Virus record (IMG/VR): IMGVR_UViG_3300037424_000750
Span: 1-46,555 of that record
Length of the DNA: 46,555 nt
Reading direction: 5' to 3' (one strand)
From: a virus
Lineage: Duplodnaviria; Caudoviricetes
Made by a program: the position numbers and the translations under genes. Positions within the stretch are counted from its first letter, which is position 1. Every line of letters begins with the position of its first letter. This document shows positions 1 to 8,230 of the stretch, piece after piece. Below the pieces are notes generated by a model. The model had not been told where the DNA came from and ran no database searches. It saw only the letters and a list, made by a program, of their open reading frames with translations.

Positions 1-60
1 GTCCGGCTTAGAATCCTACCAGAGACTCGACCACCCCCCCCATGCCCTAAAATCTGGCGT
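1..60 (-). other. Probable cos-proximal packaging region / genome end
   Basis: Minus strand reads GGGGGGGGTGGTCGAGTCTCTGG...CCGGAC directly after the HNH gene. This is the position and G-run pattern typical of cos regions in HNH-associated (HK97-like) phages. Confidence 0.45.
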
Positions 61-77
61 TAGAGGCCAAAAATGCG

Positions 78-941
78 TCAAATCTCGACGTATTGGGTAT
101 CGCATGGCGACCGCTCATAGCGGTTCCACCATGCCGCAGCGCCTTCGATCATGCCCTCTGCGGTCTCGGCCCGGGATGGCACGCGCCTGATGCGGTTACG
201 ACAGACACTCAATGGTGTCTCAAAGACCACGACCTCTTGCGGCTTAAGCTGCTGGACCCACAGTTCCCGCATGCTGGCGCGGGGCGCCCCGATGATGAAC
301 CAAGCCTTGAGCGAACGCGTCTCGGTGCCCAGCGCGGCGAGCCTACGGTTGCGTTCCATGAACGCATCGAACAGGTGACGGTCGCGGCGCTCCTGTGTGC
401 GTTGCTCGGTGCCCGATAGTTCGCCGAGGATGGCATCGATATCGATTTGGATATCGTCAGGCCCAGCATGGGCGCTCACGTAGGTACTCTTGCCGGCACC
501 CGGCGGTCCGCACATCATGACCAAAGGAACGGCCGATGGCGACAGCCCCAAGGGCTGTACGACCCGTGCCGGGATCTTATGGCCTTCGATCAACCATCCG
601 CGTTCCGACCATCCGGCCCGCTCCCCGCGCTGTATCTCGCCGTCATGGCAGGGCTTACAGACCGAGGCGAGGTTAGCAGGGTCGAAGAACTTAGCGCGGT
701 CGCCACGGTGTGGCTCCCGGTGATGTACGACCTCAGCACCCATGATCCGTTCTTCATCGATCAGACAGTTCTCGCACAGAGGTTCCTGCCTGAGTTGGTG
801 GGCGCGCAGATCGAGCCACTGCTTTAACTTATACCAGTTGCGCCAAGGCTCACGCTCACGGCGTTCGCGTTCATAGCCCGTGCGCTGGACTTGGCGGGAT
901 TGGAGATGGGCTGGCCTGAAAACAGGCGGTGACGATGGCAT
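78..941 (-). CDS. HNH endonuclease (terminase-associated type) fused to a C-terminal P-loop NTPase/kinase domain
   Basis: PLCENC...VVHHREPH...NLASVCKPCH (HNH), followed by Walker A GPPGAGKST and IDID. Confidence 0.85.
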   Translation of the reverse strand: MPSSPPVFRPAHLQSRQVQRTGYERERREREPWRNWYKLKQWLDLRAHQLRQEPLCENCLIDEERIMGAEVVHHREPHRGDRAKFFDPANLASVCKPCHDGEIQRGERAGWSERGWLIEGHKIPARVVQPLGLSPSAVPLVMMCGPPGAGKSTYVSAHAGPDDIQIDIDAILGELSGTEQRTQERRDRHLFDAFMERNRRLAALGTETRSLKAWFIIGAPRASMRELWVQQLKPQEVVVFETPLSVCRNRIRRVPSRAETAEGMIEGAAAWWNRYERSPCDTQYVEI

Positions 942-945
942 CTAC

Positions 946-1004
946 AAAAAGGGGCCGGACACGACAGGGGAGCAATAGCTGTTGCGACCCTATGTATCCG
1001 GCCC
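946..1004 (-). terminator. Intrinsic terminator-like hairpin immediately upstream of the HNH gene
   Basis: Minus strand GGGCCGGATAC...GTGTCCGGCCC followed by CTTTTT. Confidence 0.55.
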
Positions 1005-1044
1005 TTAAGTCTAGGGAGGATCAAGACGTCACCGTCCTGGTCTT

Positions 1045-1253
1045 ACCCTATGAACGAAGAAACCCGGGCGCTTGCGCGTCCGGGCTCTGATCTTTGTTGA
1101 TGTGCTGTGTGCCTAGCCGAAGCCGGCACCTTCGAGCAGAAGGCTTTTCACCATCTTCATCTTGAACATCCAAAGTGCTGTGTTTTGCAACATGGCCTTA
1201 TTCGACGGCCTACACCCTATGAACGACAAAGCCCGGCACGATGGCCGGGCTCT
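1045..1253 (-). repeat. Two copies of a hairpin plus TCGTTCATAGGGT motif (1045-1088 and 1214-1253)
   Basis: Both read AGAGCCCGG...CCGGG(C/T)TT..TCGTTCATAGGGT on the minus strand. Confidence 0.8.
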
Positions 1254-1353
1254 AAGGTGCTTCGGTTTGCAAAGCTTCGCTTTTGCCAGACCCTTAGTTT
1301 TGGGCCTTCATCCGCAACCGTTCCCCGAATTACAGCGACATAAGCCGCCAACG

Positions 1354-2046
1354 TTAACAGGTAGAATCGAGCCTGAGGGATGGTGCATTAAGCGCACGTT
1401 GAAGTAAGGCGATTCTCTCGTGCGGTGCAAGTTGATTCGCAGTCTCCCAAGCCGACTTATCCCATGCGCATTTGGCCTTAACGGCGTCCTTAAGCTTAGC
1501 GAGGCGTTTGCGGGCGCATTTGTCGAGTTTCGGCGTCTTGAGCCGTTTCTCGCTACGCAAGGCCCTGACACCGGAATGGTGCCGGGAATCTGGTGCGTTT
1601 TCATCGTAAATCCAGCTTAGTTTCCGCACGCGGCCAATAAACCCATCATCGATCGGCACCGGCCGGTTTGTCGCCGGATCGCACAGCAAACCCATTACAC
1701 CAGGCGTCGATAGGATGCGATAGCGCATGGCATCGACATTCCAGCACAGCACGAAGATCCAGCCCGGGAATGCCGGTTCCCAGCCCTGCACAAGTTTATC
1801 GGTTATCCGGTCGCGCCGTTGCTGCATCGGACGGAAGGCGCCAAAGCGTCGGCGCGCCAGCCAGCGCAGCGCACGCGCGTCATCGCCGGGATAGGTCCGC
1901 ACCAGAAACCATTGCGCCGGTTGATCTGATATTTCGCATTCGATTAAGCCTTGTCGATCGGCCAAGGCATTGATCTCGTGCTCGGCATGCTTGGCAACAG
2001 CGTTCCACATGGCGGATAGGTTTCCCTTGGGCGTCGGTGCCAGCAT
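1354..2046 (-). CDS. NusG-family (NGN domain) transcription antiterminator, probable late-gene regulator
   Basis: WFLVRTYPG...PAFPGWIFV...ILSTPGVMGLL...PVPIDD matches the NGN pattern. It sits in the Q-like position at the end of the early operon. Confidence 0.8.
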   Translation of the reverse strand: MLAPTPKGNLSAMWNAVAKHAEHEINALADRQGLIECEISDQPAQWFLVRTYPGDDARALRWLARRRFGAFRPMQQRRDRITDKLVQGWEPAFPGWIFVLCWNVDAMRYRILSTPGVMGLLCDPATNRPVPIDDGFIGRVRKLSWIYDENAPDSRHHSGVRALRSEKRLKTPKLDKCARKRLAKLKDAVKAKCAWDKSAWETANQLAPHERIALLQRALNAPSLRLDSTC

Positions 2047-2052
2047 TGTTGT

Positions 2053-3009
2053 TCACCCTGTTTTTTGTTCGATTGCGGGGGGCCATTCGGTCGGCATTGC
2101 CCGGCCGCCCAAATACGACTTACCTAATTGATCAAAGCGGGCGACGTCACCACGAGTTGCGATGAGATAGTCGCGCCATCGCCACCATTGCGGCGTTCCG
2201 TATTTGATAACGACCTTTGCCGGCTTTGCTGGATCGCTCTTCGCGGTAAACCGCTGCCATCGCTTTTCGCGGATATAGGTCGTCAAATCGCAGACCTTGC
2301 GGTTTTGCCGTTTGCAGTCATCGAGATACGGATCGCGCCCGTCGAAAGCCGCTGATTTGTCCGCATCGGTGAGATCGAGAAACGCCCGCTCCGCTGCGAC
2401 CTCACTCAGCACGTTTTCCGCTGGCCAGCCTTGGCGCAAATCCGCAAAATCGCGCGCGCGATTGGTGGATTCTGTCCTTTGTAAATCGGTATTTTGTAGA
2501 GTCTTAATAGGCCGCGACGGGTTTGCCGTCGACGGTTCAGCCAGCACCGGCTGACCCGCACTCCACGACGGGTTTTCAGTAGGTGGTGGATGGGCAGATT
2601 CCGCCCCTTCGACATCATGGCCAGGGTCGCCTTGGCCCTCATCGTCATCGGAATTATCAGGGCCGGCGCCGGTCGACACGACCGACAAAGCCGCCTTGAT
2701 CTCATCGTCAGACAATTCAGGGCCGGGCTCGTCCCGGACCTCGTAAACGATATGGAACGTGCCGTTGGCCAGCCGCGTCTTTTGTGCGACGATCCAGCCG
2801 GTCCGCATAGCGCTGTGGATGATGCGTTTGATGGAATCGCGCCCGATCTTCCATCGGCGCTGTAGCGCCGGCCGGCGGACCTCCCAATCGTTCGGCATCG
2901 AAAGCAAAGTTGCAATCACGCCGACCTCGTCGGCCGCGAGCCGTTCGTCCTTGAACAGCCCGTTGCCGATCGTCGTAAAGTTGGCGGTGTGCTTGCGGCG
3001 GATGATCAT
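2053..3009 (-). CDS. Phage replication initiator (N-terminal winged HTH)
   Basis: IIRRKHTANFTTIGN...LLSMPNDWEVR N-terminus, low-complexity linker, and C-terminal TYIREKRW. Confidence 0.7.
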   Translation of the reverse strand: MIIRRKHTANFTTIGNGLFKDERLAADEVGVIATLLSMPNDWEVRRPALQRRWKIGRDSIKRIIHSAMRTGWIVAQKTRLANGTFHIVYEVRDEPGPELSDDEIKAALSVVSTGAGPDNSDDDEGQGDPGHDVEGAESAHPPPTENPSWSAGQPVLAEPSTANPSRPIKTLQNTDLQRTESTNRARDFADLRQGWPAENVLSEVAAERAFLDLTDADKSAAFDGRDPYLDDCKRQNRKVCDLTTYIREKRWQRFTAKSDPAKPAKVVIKYGTPQWWRWRDYLIATRGDVARFDQLGKSYLGGRAMPTEWPPAIEQKTG

Positions 3010-3296
3010 CTCGCAATCACCTCCGACGTCGTTTCACTGGCGACCTGCAATTGAGGCTTTGCCGGCAAGCACGGCGGCGTGTCGCTGCCCTGCCACAAGC
3101 CGCCATCGCGGGTTCGCCATTCTCGCCAGGCGTCGCCGTAAGGCGGATGCACGGTGATTTTGACGAGCCAGCAGACCGCGCATGTTCGTTCCGTCCGTCC
3201 GTTGCCGTCTTTCGTTTCGACGGCATGGATGCGGCGTTCCGGGATATCGTTCCAGCGGTGACGGGGTGATGGGGTCTCAAGTTTGGTTGTCGTCAT
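3006..3296 (-). CDS. Hypothetical protein (Cys motifs)
   Basis: ORF with ATGA overlaps to both neighbours. Confidence 0.6.
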   Translation of the reverse strand: MTTTKLETPSPRHRWNDIPERRIHAVETKDGNGRTERTCAVCWLVKITVHPPYGDAWREWRTRDGGLWQGSDTPPCLPAKPQLQVASETTSEVIAR

Positions 3297-3844
3297 GCGT
3301 GGTCACCGACTTCAATCGCATGCGTCAAGTGCCAGCATCCGTTCGCCCGTGGGTCACATTCACGCAGCAACCAAGGCACAAGCGTCGTCCGCCATTCGTC
3401 GATTGAGACCCAACCGCTTCCGTTGCCGATGCAGTTGATGTCGAAAATGCCGAGGCCGCGTGCACCGCGTAAGGCACCGACCCAATGCGTATGTCGGTAG
3501 CGCGCCGCCATCGGAACTCCGGGATCAGTCCAAGGCCCTTCCCATTGAACGCGCGCAAGTCCGAGCCGTGGCCATTCGACGAGTGGCGTCCGCTTGCCCA
3601 GCGCAACGCACTTCCATTTCACGCCGATGGAATCGAGCGCGCCGAACATCATCGTCGGGTTTGTGTAAAACCGTCCGATGAAATCCGGTAGATGAATACG
3701 CGCGGCTTCCAGCGTCAGCCCGGTCATACAGGCGAGCGCAGCCGGGCCGCAGTTGCAGCCCCAAGATTCAAATGCCCTTTCCGCGTCGACCAACGCAAAG
3801 CGCGGAAACGGCTGGCCTGGCACGGCGACAGATGAAGGTTTCAT
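3293..3844 (-). CDS. Putative papain-fold / C39-like peptidase
   Basis: NCGPAALA (Cys), HTHWVG (His) and IFDIN (Asp) occur in catalytic-triad order. Confidence 0.5.
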   Translation of the reverse strand: MKPSSVAVPGQPFPRFALVDAERAFESWGCNCGPAALACMTGLTLEAARIHLPDFIGRFYTNPTMMFGALDSIGVKWKCVALGKRTPLVEWPRLGLARVQWEGPWTDPGVPMAARYRHTHWVGALRGARGLGIFDINCIGNGSGWVSIDEWRTTLVPWLLRECDPRANGCWHLTHAIEVGDHA

Positions 3845-3906
3845 TCGGAAACGACTTCCTTCGCTTGCGGGAATTCGTTGTGGAGGGTGGAGTCGAGAAG
3901 ACGGGG

Positions 3907-3936
3907 TTGCAAAACGTCAATAAAATTGGCTATTAT
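3907..3936 (+). promoter_or_regulatory. Sigma70-like promoter of the LAGLIDADG gene (leaderless)
   Basis: TTGCAA-N18-TATTAT, 6 nt before the ATG at 3943, with no Shine-Dalgarno. Confidence 0.6.
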
Positions 3937-3942
3937 TGCCTT

Positions 3943-4425
3943 ATGGAAACGACGTGTGCGTATCTCGCCGGAGCCGTCGATGCTGACGGCTTTATCTCGA
4001 TCGGCCGTAAAGTTGGTTACCGTCGCAAGAAAGACGGGCGAACGGTCACCTATTACGTGGTCAAGATCGGACTCTCTGAAACGTCTCCAATTATTCCCGA
4101 TCTTCTTCAATCGATGTTTCCGGCATGGCGCGGAGAACATCAGCCGAAAAATCCGCTGCACAAGCGCTGGCATATTTGGCAGGCCACAAATCATAAGGCC
4201 AAGGAGCCGCTTGAGCGTCTTCTTCCATATTTGCGTCTTAAGGGTCAGCAAGCGCAACTTGCGCTCGATCTGATCGACCTGATGGCGCGACAGAATAGCG
4301 GACGCTTTATGGCCAAACCGCTGACAGTCGACGAAGAAGCCGCCCGCGCTGCACTGTACGAGGCGGTCACCACGCTTAATGACCCGCGCAATCGGCGAGT
4401 TCATTTCCCGCGCAAAGCGGCGTGA
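3943..4425 (+). CDS. Single-motif LAGLIDADG homing endonuclease, antisense to the surrounding operon
   Basis: AYLAGAVDADGFISI motif and C-terminal LLPYLRLKGQQAQL. Confidence 0.85.
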   Translation: METTCAYLAGAVDADGFISIGRKVGYRRKKDGRTVTYYVVKIGLSETSPIIPDLLQSMFPAWRGEHQPKNPLHKRWHIWQATNHKAKEPLERLLPYLRLKGQQAQLALDLIDLMARQNSGRFMAKPLTVDEEAARAALYEAVTTLNDPRNRRVHFPRKAA

Positions 4426-4594
4426 TGAATTAGGCAGCGCAATCAGCATTCCACAAACCCCCATCATGCACGGACACCATTGTCCCGTGCGGTTGAAAAC
4501 TTGAAGACTCACTAAATACGCTGGTACGCCTACACTTTTGAACGGTCGCAGGTTTCAATCTCACGATAGAGATCGTTGCTTGCGCTTCGAGCGG

Positions 4595-5734
4595 TCACCC
4601 GGGCGCTGCGGTTGCGTGTTCGCGTTGCTCGATCACTTGGCCAGTCGACGGATCGCATGCGACCGGTTCGCCAGCGGCGTCACTTGCAAATTGTTCGCGC
4701 GAGATTTCGTTGCCCCACGTCACCCAACCTTCGCGCGGGCGTCGCGCATAGATTTCCAGATACGGTCCGTCGACCAGCCGCATGATGCGTTCGTGAATTT
4801 CGTCTGGCTTGCGGCTATGTTCCATGACCGGCGCGACGATCAGTTGCCGCACGTCGGCATGCATGCGCTGCGGATGACCGTGCGTCGCAAGCCAGCAATC
4901 TTCGGGATTGGAGCGGGTCCAATAACCCTGCCCCATGTGCCAGCCTTCGCCCGACGCGTTTTCCTTGGCCCAGGTGAAGGCAGTCGTCTTGTGTTCGAAA
5001 CCCCAATGCTCGATCAGTTCGAACGCCAATTTCGGGCACCAGTCGACCATCCACAAAAACATGGTACAATTTGCCGCTGCAAGTTCGGCGAGCGGCAGGG
5101 CCTTGATCGGATCGAGGCCGGACGTGGTGTAATGCTCGCCGGCAGACCGGCCCTCGCCGTTCGCGCCGCGCGCGACGAACTTCCATGGCGGGTCGATCAG
5201 GATGGCGCCGAACTTGCGGCCGGCAGCGATCAGCGCGCCGAGATCGTCAACGTCGCAGCCCTCATAGACTCGCGCGGCATGTTCGGCTTTGGCCGCCGCC
5301 TTTTTCTGTTCGTTGATGATGTCCAGGGATACCCTGCCAGCGCCTTCCGCGATCTTCTCGCGCGTCCGCGCCACCATCGCCTCAAACGCCCGCTCGGCAA
5401 TGCCACCAACCTTCTGGGAGCGCGCAGAGAGCTTCTTATCGATGCCCAGGGCTTCCAGAGTGACGGTCGAAACCGGTTCGCCATCGGTACCGGTTTTCGG
5501 CCGGCCGCCTTTGCTCAAAAGCCCAGCCTGCTTGTGTTCCGCCACCATGATGCCCAGCCGCCGCTCCGCCCGCAGGCGCAGGTCTGCGGCATCCATCTCG
5601 AGCGTCACGTCATTGGCCATCCGGCCATAGGCGCGCATGGCTTCGGCCTTATCGCAGATATCCTTGACCTCGTCTACGCGGCGGCACTCGGCAAGCGCTG
5701 CACGCGCGGTCTCATATCGGACAAGGCCGGTCAT
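4595..5734 (-). CDS. MT-A70 family adenine methyltransferase with N-terminal extension
   Basis: ILIDPPWKF, FLW, WGF.HKT.AFTWAK, GYWTRSNPE, HSRKPD, YLEIYARR. Confidence 0.9.
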   Translation of the reverse strand: MTGLVRYETARAALAECRRVDEVKDICDKAEAMRAYGRMANDVTLEMDAADLRLRAERRLGIMVAEHKQAGLLSKGGRPKTGTDGEPVSTVTLEALGIDKKLSARSQKVGGIAERAFEAMVARTREKIAEGAGRVSLDIINEQKKAAAKAEHAARVYEGCDVDDLGALIAAGRKFGAILIDPPWKFVARGANGEGRSAGEHYTTSGLDPIKALPLAELAAANCTMFLWMVDWCPKLAFELIEHWGFEHKTTAFTWAKENASGEGWHMGQGYWTRSNPEDCWLATHGHPQRMHADVRQLIVAPVMEHSRKPDEIHERIMRLVDGPYLEIYARRPREGWVTWGNEISREQFASDAAGEPVACDPSTGQVIEQREHATAAPG

Positions 5735-5973
5735 GCCGCCAACCTTTCCATCAGTCTGGTTTCTTCGTTCTGCGGAAGTCCGCGTGCCGGTCGATCAACC
5801 TGCAACAGCGGATTGAATGCGGATTCCTCGATCCAGTAGTCCTTGATCTTTGCCGCGGTGATTTTCGTGCCGTAGAGTTCGTTCAAGCCCCATGCGATTT
5901 CTTGCGCGGTGAAAGACCAGAAGAATGTTTGGATGATGAGACGATGAGGGATTGGGTGAGCGGTGCCGGTCAT
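5731..5973 (-). CDS. Hypothetical protein
   Basis: Translationally coupled ORF. Confidence 0.55.
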   Translation of the reverse strand: MTGTAHPIPHRLIIQTFFWSFTAQEIAWGLNELYGTKITAAKIKDYWIEESAFNPLLQVDRPARGLPQNEETRLMERLAA

Positions 5974-6251
5974 TGCTGCGGCCTCGCCTTGGTGACGAAG
6001 TATTCGAACTCGAAAGGCCCGGTGCGCTTTTGCGTCAGCAACACGACACCGCCGGCGGCGGCTTCCTGCACCAGCCTTGCGACCGACTTCAATTCAGGAT
6101 CGCGGCCTTCGGTAATCGCGTTGGAGAGACTGCCGACGTAATACTTCACGCGTTCGCCGGGCAACGCATAGCCGATCCAGTCGAGCAGATGTTGGCTGCT
6201 TACAAGTGGGGTCTGCATTTGATCGAGGGCCTTGAATGTTGCCACGCTCAC
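5970..6251 (-). CDS. Hypothetical protein
   Basis: GTG start overlapping the upstream stop, preceded by a GAGGGGG RBS. Confidence 0.55.
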   Translation of the reverse strand: MSVATFKALDQMQTPLVSSQHLLDWIGYALPGERVKYYVGSLSNAITEGRDPELKSVARLVQEAAAGGVVLLTQKRTGPFEFEYFVTKARPQQ

Positions 6252-6457
6252 ATCCCCCTCGGCTCTGTCTCTCTCGGATATTCCGCTTGCGTTGCTTTCC
6301 ATGCGGATTGAACGAGATAGGAGTCGGCATCGGTTTGCTGTGCTTCGCGTTTGTCGGTGCGCTCGATCCAAAGCCAGAGCAGAACCATGACGAGGACGAT
6401 GAGGATCACAGCGAGTGCGATGATGATGGCGAGGATGGTGAGGGCGGGCGTTGTCAT
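6248..6457 (-). CDS. Small membrane protein
   Basis: Long hydrophobic stretch LTILAIIIALAVILIVLVMVLLWLWI. Confidence 0.6.
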   Translation of the reverse strand: MTTPALTILAIIIALAVILIVLVMVLLWLWIERTDKREAQQTDADSYLVQSAWKATQAEYPRETEPRGM

Positions 6458-7080
6458 ACGTGTTCCCCTTGCAATGCCGGCAGAAGTTTTCGCGCGCGCA
6501 GCATCCATTCGTCGCGGGCGCGCTTCCACGGCCACGGCACGATCTTGATATCGAGCGGTTGAATGCCTGAGTACGGCGCCCAATGTGGATGGGGTTGATT
6601 GCCCATCAGGTCGCGCCATTCGGTGACGAACATTTTCAGATCGTACAGCTTGACGTATTTCCGAATGCCGTCCGGCATCGGCCAGCGCATTCCTGCGGCC
6701 TGGTGAATTGCAGCGTCGTGTTCGTCGACGATCTCGTCGAGGACGTCGATGATGTCCTCTGCCAATACGCCGCAGCGTTCTTGAATGCGTTTTGCGATTG
6801 TCAGCTTCTTCGGCGTCGGGTCATCCTTCCAGATGCCTTCCTGAAGATCATGAAGGTGGAAGTAGCCGGCCTCTTCGTCGGTTGCGCCATCCTTCAGCAT
6901 GGCGTCGGTGCCGTGGCAGATGTGCTGCGCCACGAAATAGATCACGCCCGCGGTCGCACCGTTGTAGCGGGCTTCTTTGGCGACATGCTCGGCGAAGGTC
7001 GGAAGGTCGACGTCTTCCGCGCGCAAGCGGTTGAGGTCTATTCCCTTCCCATTGGAGAGGGTGAGGATGGTGGAGGTCAT
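6454..7080 (-). CDS. HD-domain phosphohydrolase (YfdR-like)
   Basis: RYNG...YFVAQH...LHDLQE...VKLYD pattern. Confidence 0.75.
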   Translation of the reverse strand: MTSTILTLSNGKGIDLNRLRAEDVDLPTFAEHVAKEARYNGATAGVIYFVAQHICHGTDAMLKDGATDEEAGYFHLHDLQEGIWKDDPTPKKLTIAKRIQERCGVLAEDIIDVLDEIVDEHDAAIHQAAGMRWPMPDGIRKYVKLYDLKMFVTEWRDLMGNQPHPHWAPYSGIQPLDIKIVPWPWKRARDEWMLRARKLLPALQGEHV

Positions 7081-7364
7081 GCCGCGCCCTCGCTCATTCG
7101 TGTTTCACGTGCGACACGAATCACTGACTTGTGCCGGCCGTTGCCGAACCGGTTCCAGTCCTTGCGTGGGGCGAGTTTCAGGCGGTTCGCCTTGCCGATA
7201 ACCATTGAGGGAGTGCAGCCGTCGCCTATCGCGATGGCGATGTCGCTGGCGAATTCGCCGGCGCCCCAGAGATTGCGCAAAATCTCTTCACGATCGTCGG
7301 TCCAGAAATTGTCCGCCTGCCGGCTGGCATTGGCGCTGTTGATCATGGAACGGGGGTTAGCCAT
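7077..7364 (-). CDS. gcrA: GcrA-family cell-cycle regulator (N-terminal domain only)
   Basis: WTDDREEILRNLW..G..ASDIA..IG...T...VIGKANRLKL. Confidence 0.8.
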   Translation of the reverse strand: MANPRSMINSANASRQADNFWTDDREEILRNLWGAGEFASDIAIAIGDGCTPSMVIGKANRLKLAPRKDWNRFGNGRHKSVIRVARETRMSEGAA

Positions 7365-7572
7365 GCTTTTCCTCCGGTTTTAGATCGGACTTTTTCGCCC
7401 GTTGAACGCAGCGATTGACGATCAGCGCGCGTTCGCGGGTGTAGCGGCGCTCGTAATTGGTCCGCATCGCTTCGATGGTGGCGGCCAGGTTGTCGGATTC
7501 CGCGATGAACTTGCGCTCTTCATCGGTCATAAACTTGCGCCAGTCGCGTTTTTTGCTCTTTGCCCGGACCAT
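7357..7572 (-). CDS. Hypothetical protein
   Basis: MVRAKSKKRDWRKF..., coupled to gcrA. Confidence 0.5.
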   Translation of the reverse strand: MVRAKSKKRDWRKFMTDEERKFIAESDNLAATIEAMRTNYERRYTRERALIVNRCVQRAKKSDLKPEEKHG

Positions 7573-7574
7573 GA

Positions 7575-7736
7575 TCAGCGTCCCTTGCCCAAACGGCGTT
7601 CGATCTCGTGCCGGATATCGGCTATCGAACCGGCGACCGGCGCATCGTCGACCGGGTCCGCCGGCAAACGGCCGAATAGCCGTTGCCAGAGACGCCGGGC
7701 CGCCTTCGCAAGCCGCTGTATGGGGGTGGCGGGCAT
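7575..7736 (-). CDS. Small hypothetical protein (53 aa, not in ORF track)
   Basis: MPATPIQRLAKAARRLWQRLFGRLP... fills the gap in the operon. Confidence 0.45.
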   Translation of the reverse strand: MPATPIQRLAKAARRLWQRLFGRLPADPVDDAPVAGSIADIRHEIERRLGKGR

Positions 7737-7744
7737 GGGAAGGG

Positions 7745-8080
7745 TTACTTCCGGGTGCGCTTGCGGGTGGAGGGTTTCTTTTGGCTGCGAGACTTCGACT
7801 TGCTCGCCGTCTTGCCATGCGCCGCTGATTTCTTGCCTCGCTTGACACTCTTGCGGCGCGCGACCGAAACGCCAACGGCACCATCGGCCGGCGCAATATC
7901 GATGCCGACAACGCCGGTCGGGTGCGGGTGGCCATTTGCCTTTTTGAATGCGGCTTCGATAAGATCGCGGTCAGTCGCCGACATCGGGCTGGGCTGAAGA
8001 ATGACCTTCGGCAGCGGCGCGCTGTAATCGATCTCGGCTTCGCGCCCGAACAATCGATTCCAAATATCCTTGATACCCAT
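7745..8080 (-). CDS. Hypothetical protein with basic C-terminal tail
   Basis: MGIKDIWNRLFG... with a Lys/Arg/Ser-rich end. Confidence 0.55.
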   Translation of the reverse strand: MGIKDIWNRLFGREAEIDYSAPLPKVILQPSPMSATDRDLIEAAFKKANGHPHPTGVVGIDIAPADGAVGVSVARRKSVKRGKKSAAHGKTASKSKSRSQKKPSTRKRTRK

Positions 8081-8230
8081 AACCATTCCCCCATCGGAGT
8101 GATGGTCTTTCGGATGATTCCGAAAAAGACCATTCGATCTCGATTTTGACGCACGCACGTTTTTACTGATACGCGGTACTGGGAGGCGACTGGAATTCTT
8201 GGACAATGACCGTCGCAACAAACGGACGGG

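Noticed and set aside
1478-1493. CtrA box (TTAA-N7-TTAA)
   Set aside because: Spacing is 8 nt and it lies inside a CDS. TTAA pairs near attP also have the wrong spacing.
3841-4512. 223-aa minus-strand ORF as an intact gene
   Set aside because: Mostly antisense to the LAGLIDADG gene; only the last ~22 codons look like a real remnant.
4538-5839. 433-aa plus-strand ORF and similar long antisense ORFs (e.g. 38242-39447, 22098-23036)
   Set aside because: Shadow frames of well-supported genes on the opposite strand, with no motifs.
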